From positions 115,382,001 through 115,446,000 of the forward strand of contig OZ024744.1 of the NCBI GenBank assembly GCA_964016885.1: a stretch of DNA of 64,000 bases, written 5' to 3'. The number at the start of each line of letters is the position of its first letter. The first letter of the stretch is position 1. This DNA comes from Eledone cirrhosa (Eukaryota). The notes beneath the pieces are model-generated. The model saw only the letters and a list, made by a program, of their open reading frames with translations. It ran no database searches and was not told where the DNA came from. Shown piece by piece: positions 41,601 through 56,400 of the stretch. The position numbers and the translations under genes were made by a program.

Positions 41601-44600
41601 CTACCCATGCCTCACTACCATGTAACATTACATCAGATGTCCATTGAAACATGCTAGCTTCATGTCTCTCTCGTCTCTATATAACCTCTACATTAACTAC
41701 CCATGTCTCACTACCATGTAATATTACATCACAGGGCCACTGAAACATGCTAGCTTCATGTCTCTCCAGTCTCTATATAACCTCTACATTAACTACCCAT
41801 GTCTCACTACCATGTAACATTACATCACAGGGCCATTGAAACATGCTAGCTTCATTTCTCTCCAATCTCTATATAACCTCTACATTAACTACCCATATCT
41901 CACTACCATGTTACATTACATTAAATGTCCATTGAAACATGCTAGCTTCATTTCTCTCCACTCTCTATATAACCTCTATATTAACTACACATGTCTCACT
42001 ACCATGTAACATTACATCAGATGTCCATTGAAACATGCTAGCTTCATGTCTCTCTCGTCTCTATATAACCTCTACATTAACTACCCATGTCTCACTACCA
42101 TGTAATATTACATCAGATGTCCATTGACACATGCTAGCTTCATTTCTCTCCAGTCTCTATATAACCTCTACATTAACTACTCATGTCTCACTACCATGTA
42201 ACATTACATAAGATGTCCATTGAAACATGCTAGCTTCATGTCTCTCTCGTCTCTATGTAACCTCTACATTAACTACCCATGTCTCACTACCATGTAATAT
42301 TACATCACAGGACCGTTGAAACATGCTAGCTTCATGTCTCTCCAGTCCCTATATAACCTCTACATTAACTACCATGTCTCACTACCATGTAACATTACAT
42401 CACAGGGCCATTGAAACATGCTAGCTTCATTTCTCTCCGATCTCTATATAACCTCTACATTAAATACCCATGTCTCACTACCATGTAACATTACATCACA
42501 GGGCCATTGAAACATGTTAGCTTCATTTCTCTCCAGTCTCTCTATAAACTCTACATTAACTACCCATGTCTCACTACCATGTAACACTACATCAGATGTC
42601 CATTGAAACATGCTAGCTTCATGTCTCTCCAGTCTCTATATAACCTCTACATTAACTACCCATGTCTCACTACCATGTAACACTACATCAGATGTCCATT
42701 GAAACATGCTAGCTTCATGTCTCTCCAGTCTCTATATAACCTCTACATTAACTACCCATGTCTCACTACCATGTAACACTACATCAGATGTCCATTGAAA
42801 CATGCTAGCTTCACTTCTCTCCAGTCTCTATATAACCTCTACATTAACTACCATGTCTCACTACCATGTAACATTACATCAGATGTCCATTGAAACATGT
42901 TAGCTTCATTTCTCGCCGTCTTTATATAACCTCTACATTAACTAACCATGTCTCACTACCATGTAACATTTAATCAGATGTCCATTGAAACATGCTAGCT
43001 TCATGTCTCTCCAGTCTCTATATAACCTCTACATTAACTACCCATGTCTCACTACCATGTAACATTACATCAGATGTCCATTGAAACATAGTAGCTTCAT
43101 TTCTCACCAGTCTCTATATAACCTCTACATTAACTACCCATGTCTCACTACCATGTAACACTACATCGGATGACCATGTAACATGCTAGATTCATGTCTC
43201 TCCAGTCTCTATATAACCTCTACATTAACTACCCATGTCTCACTACCATGTAACACTACATCAGATGTCCATTGAAACATGATAGCCTCATTTCTCTCCA
43301 GTCCCTATATAACCTCTACATTAACTACCCATGTCTCACTACCATGTAACATTACATCAGATGTCCATTGAAACATGCTAGCTTCATTTCTCTCCAGTCT
43401 CTATATAACCTCTACATTAACTACCCATGTCTCACTACCATGTAACACTACATCGGATGACCATGTAACATGCTAGATTCATGTCTCTCCAGTCTCTATA
43501 TAACCTCTACATTAACTACCCATGTCTCACTACCATGTAACACTACATCAGATGTCCATTGAAACATGCTAGCCTCATTTCTCTCCAGTCTCTATATAAC
43601 CTCTACATTAACTACCCATGTCTCACTACCATGTAACATTACATCAGATGTCCATTGAAACATGCTAGCTTCATTTCTCTCCAGTCTCTATATAACCTCT
43701 ACATTAACTACCCATGACTCACTACCATGTAACATTACATCAGATGTCCATTGAAACATGTTAGCTTCATTTCTCTCAAGTCTCTATATAACCTCTACAT
43801 TAACTACCCATGTCTCACTATCATGTAACATTACATCAGATGTCCATTGAAACATGCTAGCTTCATGTCTCTCCAGTCTCTATATAACCTCTACATTAAC
43901 TACCCATGTCTCACTACCATGTAACATTACATCAAATGTCCATTGAAACATGTTAGCTTCATTTCTCTCCAGTCTCTATATAACCTCTACATTAACTACC
44001 CATGTCTCACTACCATGTAACATTACATCAGATGTCCATTGAAACATGCTAGCTTCATTTCTCTCCAGTCTCTATATAACCTCTATATTAACTACCCATG
44101 TCTCACTACCATGTAACACTACATCGGATGACCATGTAACATGCTAGCTTCATTTCTCTCCAGTCTCTATATAACCTCTATATTAACTACCCATGTCTCA
44201 CTACCATGTAACACTACATCAGATGTCCATTGAAACATGCTAGCTTCATTTCTCTCCAATCTCTATATAACCTATACATTAACTACCCATGTCTCACTAC
44301 CATGTAACATTACATCAGATGTCCATTGAAACATACTAGCTTCATGTCTCTCCAGTCTCTATATAACCTCTACGTTAACTACCATGTCTCACTACCATGT
44401 AACATTACATCAGGTGTCCATTGAAACATGTTAGCTTCATTTCGCTCCGTCTTTATATAACCTCTACATTAACTAACCATGTCTCACTACCATGTAACAT
44501 TACATCAGATGTCCATTGAAACATGCTAGCTTCATGTCTCTCCAGTCTCTATATAACCTCTACATTAACTACCCATGTCTCACTACCATGTAACATTACA

Positions 44601-47600
44601 TCAGATGTCCATTGAAACATAGTAGCTTCATTTCTCACCAGTCTCTATATAACCTCTATATTAACTACCCATGTCTCACTTCCATGTAACATTACATCAC
44701 AGGGCCATTGAAACATGTTAGCTTCATTTCTCTCCAGGTTCTATATAACCTCTACATTAACTACCCATGTCTCACTACCATGTAACATTACATCACATGT
44801 CCATTGAAACATGCTAGCTTCATTTCTCTTCAGTCTCTATATAACCTCTACATTAACTACCCATGTCTCACTACCATGTAACACTACATCAGATGTCCAT
44901 TGAAACATGTTAGTTTCATTTCTCTCCAGTCTCTATATAACCTCTACATTAACTACCAATGTCTCACTACCATGTAACATTACATTACAGGGCCATTGAA
45001 ACACACTAGCTTCATTTCTCTCCAGTCTCTATATAACCTCTACAGTAACTACCCATGTCTCACTACCATGTAACATTACATCAGATGTCCATTGAAACAT
45101 GCTAGCTTCATGTCTCTCCAGTCTCTATATAACCTCTACATTAACTACCCATGTCTCACTACCATGTAACATTACATCAGATGTCCATTGAAACATGCTA
45201 GCTTCATGTCTCTCCAGTCTCTATATAACCTCTACATTAACTACCCATGTCTCACTACCATGTAACATTACATCAAATGTCCATTGAAACATGCTAGCTT
45301 CATTTCTCTCCAGTCTCTATATAACCTCTACAGTAACTACCCATGTCTCACTACCATGTAACATTACATCACAGGGCCATTGAAACACGCTAGCTTCATT
45401 TCTCACCAGTCTCTATATAACCTCTACATTTACTACCCATGTCTCACTACCATGTAACATTACATCACAGGGCCATTGAAACATGCTAGCTTCATGTCTC
45501 TCCAGTCTCTATATAACCTCTACATTAACTACCCATGTCTCACTACCATGTAACATTACATCAGATGTCTATTGAAACACGCTAGCTTCATTTCTCCAGT
45601 CTCTATATAACCTCTACATTAACTACCCATGTCTCACTACCATGTAACATTACATCAGATGTCTATTGAAACATGCTAGCTTCATGTCTCTCCAGTCTCT
45701 ATATAACCTCTACATTAACTACCCATGTCTCACTACCATGTAACATTACATCAGATGTCCATTGAAACATGCTAGCTTCATGTCTCTCTCGTCTCTAGAT
45801 AACCTCTACATTAACTACCCATGTCTCACTACCATGTAATATTACATCACAGGGCCATTGAAACATGCTAGCTTCATGTCTCTCCAGTCTCTATATAACC
45901 TCTACATTAACTACCCATGTCTCACTACCATGTAACATTACATCACAGGGCCATTGAAACATGCTAGCTTCATTTCTCTCCAATCTCTATATAACCTCTA
46001 CATTAACTACCCATGTCTCACTACCATGTAACATTACATCACAGGGCCATTGAAACATGTTAGCTTCATTTCTCTCCAATCTCTCTATAACCTCTACATT
46101 AACTACCCATGTCTCACTACCATGTAACATTAAGTTACAGATCCATTGAAACATGCTAGCTTCATTTCTCTCCAGTCTCTATATAACCTCTACATTAACT
46201 ACCCATGTCTCTCTACCATGTAACATTACATCACATGTCCATTGAAACAGGCTAGCTTCATTTCTCTCCAGTCTCTATATAACCTCTACAGTAACTAGCC
46301 ATGTCTCACTACCATGTAACATTACATAAGATGTCCATTGAAACATGCTAGCTTCATATCTCTCCAGTCTCTATATAACATCTACATTAACTACCCATAT
46401 CTCACTACCATGTAACATTACAATAAATGTCCATTGAAACATGCTAGCTTCATTTCTCTCCAGTCTCTATATAACCTCTATATTAACTACACATGTCTCA
46501 CTACCATGTAACATTACATCAGATGTCCATTGAAACATTCTAGCTTCATTTCTCTCCAGTCTCTATATAACCTCTACATTAACAACCCATGTCTCACTAC
46601 CATGTAACATTACATCAGATGTCCATTGAAACATGTTAGCTTCATTTCTCTCCAGTCTCTATATAACCTCTACATTAACTACCCATGTCTCACTACCATG
46701 TAACATTACAACAGATGTCCATTGAAACATGCTAGCTTCATTTCTCTCCAGTCTCTATATAACCTCTACATTAACTACCCATGTCTCACTACCATGTAAC
46801 ATTACATCAGATGTCCATTGAAACATGCTAGCTTCATTTCTCCACAGTCTCTATATAACCTCTACATTAACTACCCATGTCTCACTACCATGTAACATTA
46901 CATCAGATGTCCACTGAAATATGCTAGCTTCATTTCTCTTCAGTCTCTATATAACCTCTACATTAACTACCCATGTCTCACTACCATGTAACACTACATC
47001 AGATGTCCATTGAAACATGTTAGCTTCATTTCTATCTTCTCTATATATAACCTCTACATTAACTACCCATGTCTCTCTACCATGTAACATTACATTACAG
47101 GGCCATTGAAACATGCTAGCTTCATGTCTCTTCAGCCTCTATATAACCTCTACATTAACTACCCATGTCTCACTACCATGTAACATTACATCAGATGTCC
47201 ATTGAAACATGCTACCTTCATTTCTCTCCAGTCTCTATATAACCTCTACATTAACTACCCAAGTCTCACTACCATGTAACATTACATCAGATGTCCATTG
47301 AAACATGTTATCTTCATGTCTCTCAAGTCTCTATATAACCTCTACATTAACTACCCATGTCTCACTACCATGTAACACTACATCAGATGTCCATTGAAAC
47401 ATGCTAGCTTCATTTCTCTCCAGTCTCTATATAACCTCTACATTAACTACCCATGTCTCACTACCATGTAACATTACATCAGATGTCCATTGAAACATGT
47501 TAGCTTCATTTCTCTCAAGTCTCTATATAACCTCTACATTAACTACCCATATCTCACTATCATGTAACATTACATCAGATGTCCATTGAAACATGCTAGC

Positions 47601-50489
47601 TTCATGTCTCTCCAGTCTCTATATAACCTCTACATTAACTACCCATGTCTCACTACCATGTAACATTACATTAAATGTCCATTGAAACATGTTAGCTTCA
47701 TTTCTCTCCAGTCTCTATATAACCTCTACATTAACTACCCATGTCTCACTACCATGTAACACTACATCAGATGTCCATTGAAACATGCTAGCTTCATTTC
47801 TCTCCAGTCTCTATATAACCTCTATATTAACTACCCATGTCTCACTACCATGTAACACTACATCGGATGACCATGTAACGTGCTAGCTTCATTTCTCTCC
47901 AGTCTCTATATAACCTCTACATTAACTACCCATGTCTCACTACCATGTAACACTACATCAGATGTCCATTGAAACATGCTAGCTTCATGTCTCTCCAGTC
48001 TCTATATAACCTCTACATTAACTACCCATGTCTCACTACCATGTAACACTACATCAGATGTCCATTGAAACATGCTAGCTTCACTTCTCTCCAGTCTCTA
48101 TATAACCTATACATTAACTACCCATGTCTCACTACCTTGTAACATTACATCAGATGTCCATTGAAACATACTAGCTTCATGTCTCTCCAGTCTCTATATA
48201 ACCTCTACATTAACTACCATGTCTCACTACCATGTAACATTACATCAGATGTCCATTGAAACATGTTAGCTTCACTTCTCGCCGTCTTTATATAACCTCT
48301 ACATTAACTAACCATGTCTCACTACCATGTAACATTACATCAGATGTCCATTGAAACATGCTAGCTTCATGTCTCTCCAGTCTCTATATAACCTCTACAT
48401 TAACTACCCATGTCTCACTACCATGTAACACTACATCAGATGTCCATTGAAACATGCTAGCTTCACTTCTCTCCAGTCTCTATATAGCCTATACATTAAC
48501 TACCCATGTCTCACTACCTTGTAACATTACATCAGATGTCCATTGAAACATACTAGCTTCATGTCTCTCCAGTCTCTATATAACCTCTACATTAACTACC
48601 ATGTCTCACTACCATGTAACATTACATCAGATGTCCATTGAAACATGTTAGCTTCATTTCTCGCCGTCTTTATATAACCTCTACATTAACTAACCATGTC
48701 TCACTACCATGTAACATTACATCAGATGTCCATTGAAACATGCTAGCTTCTTGTCTCTCCAGTCTCTATATAACCTCTACATTAACTACCCATGTCTCAC
48801 TACCATGTAACATTACATCAGATGTCCATTGAAACATGTTAGCTTCTTTTCTTCAAGTCTCTATATAACCTCTACATTAACTACCCATGTCTCACTATCA
48901 TGTAACATTACATCAGATGTCCATTGAAACATGCTAGCTTCATTTCTCTCCAGTCTCTATATAACCTCTACATTAACTACCCATGTCTCACTACCATGTA
49001 ACACTACATCAGATGTCCATTGAAACATACTAGCTTCATGTCTCTCCAGTCTCTATATAACCTCTACATTAACTACCATGTCTCACTACCCTGTAACACT
49101 ACATCAGATGTCCATTGAAACATGCTAGCTTCATTTCTCTCCAGTCTCTATATAACCTCTATATTAACTACCCATGTCTCACTACCATGTAACACTACAT
49201 CGGATGACCATGTAACATGCTAGCTTCATTTCTCTCCAGTCTCTATATAACCTCTACATTAACTACCCATGTCTCAACACCATGTAACACTACATCAGAT
49301 GTCCATTGAAACATGCTAGCTTCATGTCTCTCCAGTCTCTATATAACCTCTACATTAACTACCCATGTCTCATTACCATGTAACACTACATCAGATGTCC
49401 ATTGAAACATGCTAGCCTCATTTCTCTCCAGTCTCTATATAACCTCTACATTAACTACCCATGTCTCACTACCATGTAACATTACATCATATGTCCACTG
49501 AAATATGCTAGCTTCATTTCTCTTCAGTCTCTATATAACCTCTACATTAACTACCCATGTCTCACTACCATGTAATATTACATCAGATGTCCATTGACAC
49601 ATGCTAGCTTCATTTCTCTCCAGTCTCTATATAACCTCTACATTAACTACTCATGTCTCACTACCAAGTAACATTACATAAGATGTCCATTGAAATATGC
49701 TAGCTTCATTTCTCTTCAGTCTCTATATAACCTCTACATTAACTACCCATGTCTCACTACCATGTAATATTACATCAGATGTCCATTGACACATGCTAGC
49801 TTCATGTCTCTCTCGTCTCTATGTAACCTCTACATTAACTACCCATGTCTCACTACCATGTAATATTACATCACAGGGCCATTGAAACATGCTAGCTTCA
49901 TGTCTCTCCAGTCCCTATATAACCTCTACATTAACTACCCATGTCTCACTACCATGTAACATTACATCACAGGGCCATTGAAACATGTTAGCTTCAATTC
50001 TCTCCAGTTTCTCTATAAACTCTACATTAACTACCCATGTCTCACTACCATGTAACACTACATCAGATGTCCATTGAAACATGCTAGCTTCATGTCTCTC
50101 CAGTCTCTATATAACCTCTACATTAACTACCCATGTCTCACTACCATGTAACACTACATCAGATGTCCATTGAAACATGCTAGCTTCATGTCTCTCCAGT
50201 CTCTATATAACCTCTACATTAACTACCCATGTCTCACTACCATGTAACACTACATCAGATGTCCATTGAAACATGCTAGCTTCACTTCTCTCCAGTCTCT
50301 ATATAACCTCTACATTAACTACCATGTCTCACTACCATGTAACATTACATCAGATGTCCATTGAAACATGTTAGCTTCATTTCTCGCCGTCTTTATATAA
50401 CCTCTACATTAACTAACCATGTCTCACTACCATGTAACATTACATCAGATGTCCATTGAAACATGCTAGCTTCATGTCTCTCCAGTCTC

Positions 50490-53400
50490 TATATAACCTC
50501 TACATTAACTACCCATGTCTCACTACCATGTAACATTACATCAGATGTCCATTGAAACATAGTAGCTTCATTTCTCACCAGTCTCTATATAACCTCTACA
50601 TTAACTACCCATGTCTCACTACCATGTAACACTACATCGGATGACCATGTAACATGCTAGATTCATGTCTCTCCAGTCTCTATATAACCTCTACATTAAC
50701 TACCCATGTCTCACTACCATGTAACACTACATCAGATGTCCATTGAAACATGCTAGCCTCAATTCTCTCCAGTCTCTATATAACCTCTACATTAACTACC
50801 CATGTCTCACTACCATGTAACATTACATCAGATGTCCATTGAAACATGCTAGCTTCATTTCTCTCCAGTCTCTATATAACCTCTACATTAACTACCCATG
50901 TCTCACTACCATGTAACACTACATCGGATGACCATGTAACATGCTAGATTCATGTCTCTCCAGTCTCTATATAACCTCTACATTAACTACCCATGTCTCA
51001 CTACCATGTAACACTACATCAGATGTCCATTGAAACATGCTAGCCTCATTTCTCTCCAGTCTCTATATAACCTCTACATTAACTACCCATGTCTCACTAC
51101 CATGTAACATTACATCAGATGTCCATTGAAACATGCTAGCTTCATTTCTCTCCAGTCTCTATATAACCTCTACATTAACTACCCATGACTCACTACCATG
51201 TAACATTACATCAGATGTCCATTGAAACATGTTAGCTTCATTTCTCTCAAGTCTCTATATAACCTCTACATTAACTACCCATGTCTCACTATCATGTAAC
51301 ATTACATCAGATGTCCATTGAAACATGCTAGCTTCATGTCTCTCCAGTCTCTATATAACCTCTACATTAACTACCCATGTCTCACTACCATGTAACATTA
51401 CATCAAATGTCCATTGAAACATGTTAGCTTCATTTCTCTCCAGTCTCTATATAACCTCTACATTAACTACCCATGTCTCACTACCATGTAACATTACATC
51501 AGATGTCCATTGAAACATACTAGCTTCATGTCTCTCCAGTCTCTATATAACCTCTACGTTAACTACCATGTCTCACTACCATGTAACATTACATCAGGTG
51601 TCCATTGAAACATGTTAGCTTCATTTCTCTCCGTCTTTATATAACCTCTACATTAACTAACCATGTCTCACTACCATGTAACATTACATCAGATGTCCAT
51701 TGAAACATGCTAGCTTCATGTCTCTCCAATCTCTATATAACCTCTACATTAACTACCCATGTCTCACTACCATGTAACATTACATCAGATGTCCATTGAA
51801 ACATAGTAGCTTCATTTCTCACCAGTCTCTATATAACCTCTACATTAACTACCCATGTCTCACTTCCATGTAACATTACATCACAGGGCCATTGAAACAT
51901 GTTAGCTTCATTTCTCTCCAGGCTCTATATAACCTCTACATTAACTACCCATGTCTCACTACCATGTAACATTACATCACATGTCCATTGAAACATGCTA
52001 GCTTCATTTCTCTTCAGTCTCTATATAACCTCTACATTAACTACCCATGTCTCACTACCATGTAACACTACATCAGATGTCCATTGAAATATGTTAGTTT
52101 CATTTCTCTCCATGGTCTATATAACCTCTACATTAACTACCAATGTCTCACTACCATGTAACATTACATTACAGGGCCATTGAAACACGCTAGCTTCATT
52201 TCTCTCCAGTCTCTATATAACCTCTACAGTAACTACCCATGTCTCACTACCATGTAACATTACATCAGATGTCCATTGAAACATGCTAGCTTCATGTCTC
52301 TCCAGTCTCTATATAACCTCTACATTAACTACCCATGTCTCACTACCATGTAACATTACATCAGATGTCCATTGAAACATGCTAGCTTCATGTCTCTCCA
52401 GTCTCTATATAACCTCTACATTAACTACCCATGTCTCACTACCATGTAACATTACATCAAATGTCCATTGAAACATGCTAGCTTCATTTCTCTCCAGTCT
52501 CTATATAACCTCTACAGTAACTACCCATGTCTCACTACCATGTAACATTACATCACAGGGCCATTGAAACACGCTAGCTTCATTTCTCACCAGTCTCTAT
52601 ATAACCTCTACATTAACTACCCATGTCTCACTACCATGTAACATTACATCACAGGGCCATTGAAACATGCTAGCTTCATGTCTCTCCAGTCTCTATATAA
52701 CCTCTACATTAACTACCCATGTCTCACTACCATGTAACATTACATCAGATGTCTATTGAAACACGCTAGCTTCATTTCTCCAGTCTCTATATAACCTCTA
52801 CATTAACTACCCATGTCTCACTACCATGTAACATTACATCAGATGTCTATTGAAACATGCTAGATTCATGTCTCTCCAGTCTCTATATAACCTCTACATT
52901 AACTACCCATGTCTCACTACCATGTAACATTACATCAGATGTCCATTGAAACATGCTAGCTTCATGTCTCTCTCGTCTCTATATAACCTCTACATTAACT
53001 ACCCATGTCTCACTACCATGTAATATTACATCACAGGGCCATTGAAACATGCTAGCTTCATGTCTCTCCAGTCTCTATATAACCTCTACATTAACTACCC
53101 ATGTCTCACTACCATGTAACATTACATCACAGGGCCATTGAAACATGCTAGCTTCATTTCTCTCCAATCTCTATATAACCTCTACATTAACTACCCATGT
53201 CTCACTACCATGTAACATTACATCACAGGGCCATTGAAACATGTTAGCTTCATTTCTCTCCAATCTCTCTATAACCTCTACATTAACTACCCATGTCTCA
53301 CTACCATGTAACATTAAGTTACAGATCCATTGAAACATGCTAGCTTCATTTCTCTCCAGTCTCTATATAACCTCTACATTAACTACCCATGTCTCACTAC

Positions 53401-56400
53401 CATGTAACATTACATCAGATGTCCATTGAAACATGTTAGCTTCATTTCTCTCAAGTCTCTATATAACCTCTACATTAACTACCCATGTCTCACTATCATG
53501 TAACATTACATCAGATGTCCATTGAAACATGCTAGCTTCATGTCTCTCCAGTCTCTATATAACCTCTACATTAACTACCCATGTCTCACTACCATGTAAC
53601 ACTACATCAGATGTCCATTGAAACATGCTAGCTTCATTTCTCTCCAGTCTCTATATAACCTCTATATTAACTACCCATGTCTCACTACCATGTAACACTA
53701 CATCGGATGACCATGTAACATGCTAGCTTCATTTCTCTCCAGTCTCTATATAACCTCTACATTAACTACCCATGTCTCACTACCATGTAACACTACATCA
53801 GATGTCCATTGAAACATGCTAGCTTCATGTCTCTCCAGTCTCTATATAACCTCTACATTAACTACCCATGTCTGACTACCATGTAACATTACATCAGATG
53901 TCCATTGAAACATGCTAGCTTCACTTCTCTCCAGTCTCTATATAACCTCTACATTAACTACCCATGTCTCACTACCATGTAACATTACATCAGATGTCCA
54001 TTGAAACATAGTAGCTTCATTTCTCACCAGTCTCTATATAACCTCTACATTAACTACCCATGTCTCACTACCATGTAACACTACATCGGATGACCATGTA
54101 ACATGCTAGATTCATGTCTCTCCAGTCTCTATATAACCTCTACATTAACTACCCATGTCTCACTACCATGTAACACTACATCAGATGTCCATTGAAACAT
54201 GCTAGCCTCAATTCTCTCCAGTCTCTATATAACCTCTACATTAACTACCCATGTCTCACTACCATGTAACATTACATCAGATGTCCATTGAAACATGCTA
54301 GCTTCATTTCTCTCCAGTCTCTATATAACCTCTACATTAACTACCCATGTCTCACTACCATGTAACACTACATCGGATGACCATGTAACATGCTAGATTC
54401 ATGTCTCTCCAGTCTCTATATAACCTCTACATTAACTACCCATGTCTCACTACCATGTAACACTACATCAGATGTCCATTGAAACATGCTAGCCTCATTT
54501 CTCTCCAGTCTCTATATAACCTCTACATTAACTACCCATGTCTCACTACCATGTAACATTACATCAGATGTCCATTGAAACATGCTAGCTTCATTTCTCT
54601 CCAGTCTCTATATAACCTCTACATTAACTACCCATGACTCACTACCATGTAACATTACATCAGATGTCCATTGAAACATGTTAGCTTCATTTCTCTCAAG
54701 TCTCTATATAACCTCTACATTAACTACCCATGTCTCACTATCATGTAACATTACATCAGATGTCCATTGAAACATGCTAGCTTCATGTCTCTCCAGTCTC
54801 TATATAACCTCTACATTAACTACCCATGTCTCACTACCATGTAACATTACATCAAATGTCCATTGAAACATGTTAGCTTCATTTCTCTCCAGTCTCTATA
54901 TAACCTCTACATTAACTACCCATGTCTCACTACCATGTAACATTACATCAGATGTCCATTGAAACATACTAGCTTCATGTCTCTCCAGTCTCTATATAAC
55001 CTCTACGTTAACTACCATGTCTCACTACCATGTAACATTACATCAGGTGTCCATTGAAACATGTTAGCTTCATTTCTCTCCGTCTTTATATAACCTCTAC
55101 ATTAACTAACCATGTCTCACTACCATGTAACATTACATCAGATGTCCATTGAAACATGCTAGCTTCATGTCTCTCCAATCTCTATATAACCTCTACATTA
55201 ACTACCCATGTCTCACTACCATGTAACATTACATCAGATGTCCATTGAAACATAGTAGCTTCATTTCTCACCAGTCTCTATATAACCTCTACATTAACTA
55301 CCCATGTCTCACTTCCATGTAACATTACATCACAGGGCCATTGAAACATGTTAGCTTCATTTCTCTCCAGGCTCTATATAACCTCTACATTAACTACCCA
55401 TGTCTCACTACCATGTAACATTACATCACATGTCCATTGAAACATGCTAGCTTCATTTCTCTTCAGTCTCTATATAACCTCTACATTAACTACCCATGTC
55501 TCACTACCATGTAACACTACATCAGATGTCCATTGAAATATGTTAGTTTCATTTCTCTCCATGGTCTATATAACCTCTACATTAACTACCAATGTCTCAC
55601 TACCATGTAACATTACATTACAGGGCCATTGAAACACGCTAGCTTCATTTCTCTCCAGTCTCTATATAACCTCTACAGTAACTACCCATGTCTCACTACC
55701 ATGTAACATTACATCAGATGTCCATTGAAACATGCTAGCTTCATGTCTCTCCAGTCTCTATATAACCTCTACATTAACTACCCATGTCTCACTACCATGT
55801 AACATTACATCAGATGTCCATTGAAACATGCTAGCTTCATGTCTCTCCAGTCTCTATATAACCTCTACATTAACTACCCATGTCTCACTACCATGTAACA
55901 TTACATCAAATGTCCATTGAAACATGCTAGCTTCATTTCTCTCCAGTCTCTATATAACCTCTACAGTAACTACCCATGTCTCACTACCATGTAACATTAC
56001 ATCACAGGGCCATTGAAACACGCTAGCTTCATTTCTCACCAGTCTCTATATAACCTCTACATTAACTACCCATGTCTCACTACCATGTAACATTACATCA
56101 CAGGGCCATTGAAACATGCTAGCTTCATGTCTCTCCAGTCTCTATATAACCTCTACATTAACTACCCATGTCTCACTACCATGTAACATTACATCAGATG
56201 TCTATTGAAACACGCTAGCTTCATTTCTCCAGTCTCTATATAACCTCTACATTTACTACCCATGTCTCACTACCATGTAACATTACATCAGATGTCTATT
56301 GAAACATGCTAGATTCATGTCTCTCCAGTCTCTATATAACCTCTACATTAACTACCCATGTCTCACTACCATGTAACATTACATCAGATGTCCATTGAAA

